Shown: positions 35,279 through 38,177 of the stretch, piece after piece
Layout: each line of letters begins with the position of its first letter
Numbering within the stretch: the first letter of the stretch is position 1
Source of the DNA: Minisyncoccota bacterium
Lineage (GTDB): Bacteria > Patescibacteriota > Minisyncoccia > Phycocordibacterales > UBA918
Assembly (NCBI GenBank): GCA_021129655.1
Contig: JAJOLC010000043.1
Span: 1 to 38,177 of the forward strand
DNA: 38,177 nt
Reading direction: 5' to 3'
Notes under the pieces: generated by a model
Told to the model about the DNA's origin: nothing
The model's input: the letters and a program-made list of their open reading frames with translations, nothing else
Databases searched by the model: none
Translations under genes and position numbers: made by a program

Positions 35279-35944
35279 CTAATTTTTAATTACGTCTACC
35301 ACAGCCAAGTAAACATCCTGATGGATATCTTCTCGGGTACGCAGACTGCCGTCGGCAACACACAAGATTGGGCGCCAAACATTTAGTGACGCCACCAATG
35401 TTCGCGCGGACTGCTCGGTCATAGCCTGGTGGTCAGCGTCAGTTTCAGAAACATCTAAACCTTCTCTGTCTCTGTCACTACCCATCATGTCTTTTCTAGT
35501 CTCATAAGGAATCTCCAAATACAAAATTGAATCTGGGCGAGGCAACTCAAATACTCCATGCTCTATTTTATCCAACCAGACTAAAAATTCCTCTCGCTCA
35601 TCTTCATCAGTAAGCTTAGCTCCCTGATGTAGCATATTCGCACTAACATATCGATCGGCTACCACTATCTTCCCTTCATTCAACCATTGCTTAATTTGCT
35701 TTGAAGACTCAAATCTATCAGCTGCGTACAGAGTCGAAGTGATACGTGGATCAAGTTTCATAAAGTCACCACGTTTGCCATCTAGACATTCTCTAATCAA
35801 CTTTCCAAAGTGATTACTTTCGTACCGAGGAAAATCTATACTCTCCACCACATACCCTTCTGAACGCAGTCGCTCCACCAGCAATTTTGTCTGGGTCGCT
35901 TTCCCCGCTCCATCTGCTCCTTCAATAACTAAAAGTTTACTCAT
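35279..35944 (-). CDS. tmk: Thymidylate kinase
   Basis: IEGADGAGKATQ P-loop, LYAADR, VADRY; start at ATG 35944 (MSKLLVIEG). Confidence 0.92.
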   Translation of the reverse strand: MSKLLVIEGADGAGKATQTKLLVERLRSEGYVVESIDFPRYESNHFGKLIRECLDGKRGDFMKLDPRITSTLYAADRFESSKQIKQWLNEGKIVVADRYVSANMLHQGAKLTDEDEREEFLVWLDKIEHGVFELPRPDSILYLEIPYETRKDMMGSDRDREGLDVSETDADHQAMTEQSARTLVASLNVWRPILCVADGSLRTREDIHQDVYLAVVDVIKN

Positions 35945-36130
35945 TAGTATATTTTTATCACAAAGAATGTGTTCTTTAAGTCTATGTCGAGCAATCCCGG
36001 ACATTTAGCCCCTCTGCGACACAGCATAATGGGGTGGTCAATATATACAGCCATTAAAAACTGTTATCTTGGGTTTAGATTCGACTTGAATCAGTTCCTC
36101 ACAAACACAAAGGTTGATACAATGAACGCA

Positions 36131-37489
36131 ATGACAAATATTGAACAACTGAAACATCACACCACTCACTTAGACGGAGGAGGTAAAATTGTAATTCTGG
36201 ACTCGGGGGCAGTTCTGACAGCCGAAATGACTTCGATGCTTCAAGCTCTACACTCACGCTCTACTGGCGGTATCGACGCTCATCTACAAGTATTGGCTGA
36301 ACGCGGTGCTGACAAATTCATGAAAACCTACTACGTTGGCTATGGTCACAAATCTATCGGTGACTGTGGAGCCGCAGTGGTATTTATTGAAGGAGTTTCT
36401 ATGTTGGCAGCTAAAGCCATTCAAGACTCCCCTCTTTATAATGGACAAGAAGCATCAACTCGCTACATCCCTTTTGACCGGCAAGAAATCATCGACCCGG
36501 TTGGCACAGCTGCTAGTAACGCGATATTAGAAAACTGGCGACAGTTCTACTTGAACGCGGTAGAGGAAATGAAAGAAGAACTTCCAAATCGCTATCTAAT
36601 AGCCGATGGCGAAAAAGAGAGTGTTTACACCAATGCTATCCATGCTCGTGCCTTCGACATATGTCGAGGATTCTTGCCAGCTGGTACCAGCACTAATCTA
36701 GCTTGGACAACTACCCTTCGTCAATTTGCTGACCGCATCACTGTCTTGCGGCACCATCCACTAGCAGAAGTACGGGAGATCTCTGCCAAACTAGAGGACG
36801 CTATGATGGAAGTTTACGAAAACTCCTTTAGCAAAGAACGGTTTGATAAAACTGAAGCTTATCTTAGTGAAGCTGCTAAAAGCTACTACTATCACGACCC
36901 GGAGTCTCCTGAAATGGAACTAGTTCACGATGGGATAAACAAGGAGGGACTAAAGCCACACAACGGGCTTTTAAGTAACCGTCCGCCGATGACCGAACTA
37001 CCAAAATGGCTTGGTTCATACGGGGTAGCTAGCTTTGCTTGGACTTTAGATTTTGGCTCCTTTCGAGACGTTCAACGCCACCGGGCAGTTAGCCAGCGAA
37101 TGCCTCTCTTGACTGATGAAATTGGTTTTCATGAATGGTATCTAGACGAACTGACGGACTCGCTTAAAGCTAAGTCTTTAGAATTCATTGAGTCCCAACG
37201 GGTGGCGAGTGAAGGCTTGACTGATGAAGCTACAGCTAAGCAGTACTACTTGCCGATGGGTTACAAAATCAGCAACTTTCTTTCTGGAGACTTGCCAGCT
37301 TTAACCTACTTAGTAGAGTTGAGGTCTTCGAGCAAGGTTCATCCAACTCTAGCCCTTCAGGCGGAGAAGATGGCTAAGTTATTAGCAGAAAAGTATGGTG
37401 ACTTAGGTCTCAAACTTCACATCGGTGAAGTAACTGGTCGTTTTGATATCAACCGTGGCAAAGACACTATTACTCGAGTTGATGAGTAG
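36131..37489 (+). CDS. thyX: FAD-dependent thymidylate synthase, tandem-domain ThyX type
   Basis: GYGHKSIGD, QEASTRY, DICRGFLP, FRDVQRHR, YLVELRS...VHP; start placed at 36131 after TGATACAAT. Confidence 0.8.
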   Translation: MTNIEQLKHHTTHLDGGGKIVILDSGAVLTAEMTSMLQALHSRSTGGIDAHLQVLAERGADKFMKTYYVGYGHKSIGDCGAAVVFIEGVSMLAAKAIQDSPLYNGQEASTRYIPFDRQEIIDPVGTAASNAILENWRQFYLNAVEEMKEELPNRYLIADGEKESVYTNAIHARAFDICRGFLPAGTSTNLAWTTTLRQFADRITVLRHHPLAEVREISAKLEDAMMEVYENSFSKERFDKTEAYLSEAAKSYYYHDPESPEMELVHDGINKEGLKPHNGLLSNRPPMTELPKWLGSYGVASFAWTLDFGSFRDVQRHRAVSQRMPLLTDEIGFHEWYLDELTDSLKAKSLEFIESQRVASEGLTDEATAKQYYLPMGYKISNFLSGDLPALTYLVELRSSSKVHPTLALQAEKMAKLLAEKYGDLGLKLHIGEVTGRFDINRGKDTITRVDE

Positions 37490-37499
37490 TAGTTAAACC

Positions 37500-37532
37500 A
37501 AAAGACGCATTCCTTTTAGGAATGCGTCTTTT
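37500..37532. terminator. Intrinsic terminator after thyX
   Basis: aaaagacgcattcct-ttt-aggaatgcgtctttt followed by a T tail. Confidence 0.85.
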
Positions 37533-37790
37533 TTGAATGAGAAAAGGAGCTGAAGACTACTATTTCGAATTTATGCAAACTCAACAATAATTTAGACCTC
37601 CTTTACAGCCCACTACAGCCTATTTCTTCCTTGGGTCGGGGTTGAGATACACTAAGCATCGTCGCATTTAAACTTTGTGGCAACACCGAGTTTTAAGCAG
37701 CCCGCTGCCACTATATTCTCCCTTGGCGGGTCGAATCTAGTGAAGCGTCTGCATATTTTCGCAATAGTCGCAGCTTCACTACTCCTTTGC

Positions 37791-38177
37791 TCAAACAAAG
37801 TGCTTACTTAGTTTTGGTCCTGACTGCACCAAGTAGTTTGACTGCTTCGTATCATAGTGAAAATCTGGAGTTTCAATCATTTTTTCAAACCGAATCTTAG
37901 CGATTGGTTGTCCCGAACGAACCACCAAGTCTTCAAAGGGGCGGACCTCCAACGTAAATGGTCTACCTTCTCCTTCCCCTTCTGCACCACATCCCCAGCC
38001 CGGGTCCAAGAATCCTGCATAGTGCGAACGGAAGTCTCCGCTTCGCTCGTCCATCGGCACCATCTCTGAAGCTAAGTCAGCTGGTATTCGTACTCGCTCT
38101 GCAGCAGATAGAATATAGAACTTGTCTCGCTCTAGCCTTAAAGCTCCGTCTTCAATACAAATTTTCTTAAAGAATTC
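37791..38177 (-). CDS. dcd: 2'-deoxycytidine 5'-triphosphate deaminase, long type (5' end outside the window)
   Basis: Frame is open to the window end: FYILSAAERVRIPADLASEMVPMDERSGDFRSHYAGFLDPGWG...TLEVRP...SNY. Confidence 0.85.
   Translation of the reverse strand, partial: EFFKKICIEDGALRLERDKFYILSAAERVRIPADLASEMVPMDERSGDFRSHYAGFLDPGWGCGAEGEGEGRPFTLEVRPFEDLVVRSGQPIAKIRFEKMIETPDFHYDTKQSNYLVQSGPKLSKHFV

Noticed and set aside
37560..37790. Strong SD (AAGGAGGT, minus strand) and two hairpins between thyX and dcd
   Set aside because: Only a short TTG-started ORF running into the terminator follows; no supportable gene or RNA family.
1394..38170. Many antisense or alternate-frame ORFs in the track (e.g. 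1394-1747, 3962-4456, 7552-9156, 11556-11993, 17100-17348, 26642-27052, 31200-31520, 31917-32222)
   Set aside because: They are shadows of confidently identified genes and have no recognisable motifs.
1..38177. CRISPR array, tRNA/rRNA genes, alternative genetic code 25
   Set aside because: No regularly spaced repeat-spacer array or recognisable tRNA/rRNA was seen. TGA ends genes (e.g. 13829-13831) and long ORFs contain no in-frame TGA.

Overview
A 38 kb chromosomal window of a bacterium using genetic code 11. The gene set points to Patescibacteria/CPR, Parcubacteria-like (an inference): a PG-binding S-layer-like protein, alpha2 GlyRS, IleRS2, DUF2914, few SD sequences and many leaderless starts. 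Most of it is housekeeping: rplJ with an L10 leader, ftsK-recA, an ECF sigma, efp, rpsF-ssb-rpsR, tatD-metG-glyQS, recO-ileS, and a glyA-dut-tmk/thyX/dcd thymidylate cluster. An AT-rich accessory block at about 3.0-7.4 kb holds an IS3-like remnant, a secreted lipase-like protein with an overlapping membrane protein, a duplicated small membrane gene, and a RAYT-like Y1 transposase with four REP-like hairpins, one inside its own CDS. The most unusual signals are: (i) a ~1 kb dense array of RGACW/WGTCY motifs in and around a winged-HTH gene divergent from ftsK; (ii) two ~130-nt covarying hairpin elements, each at a stop codon in a ribosomal-protein operon, that fold on the antisense strand; (iii) an intact histidine-phosphatase domain inserted in IleRS; (iv) a kinase gene with compensating +1/-1 homopolymer frameshifts; (v) long structured non-coding regions upstream of the S-layer gene and ileS. 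All calls were made by eye; no database searches were run.
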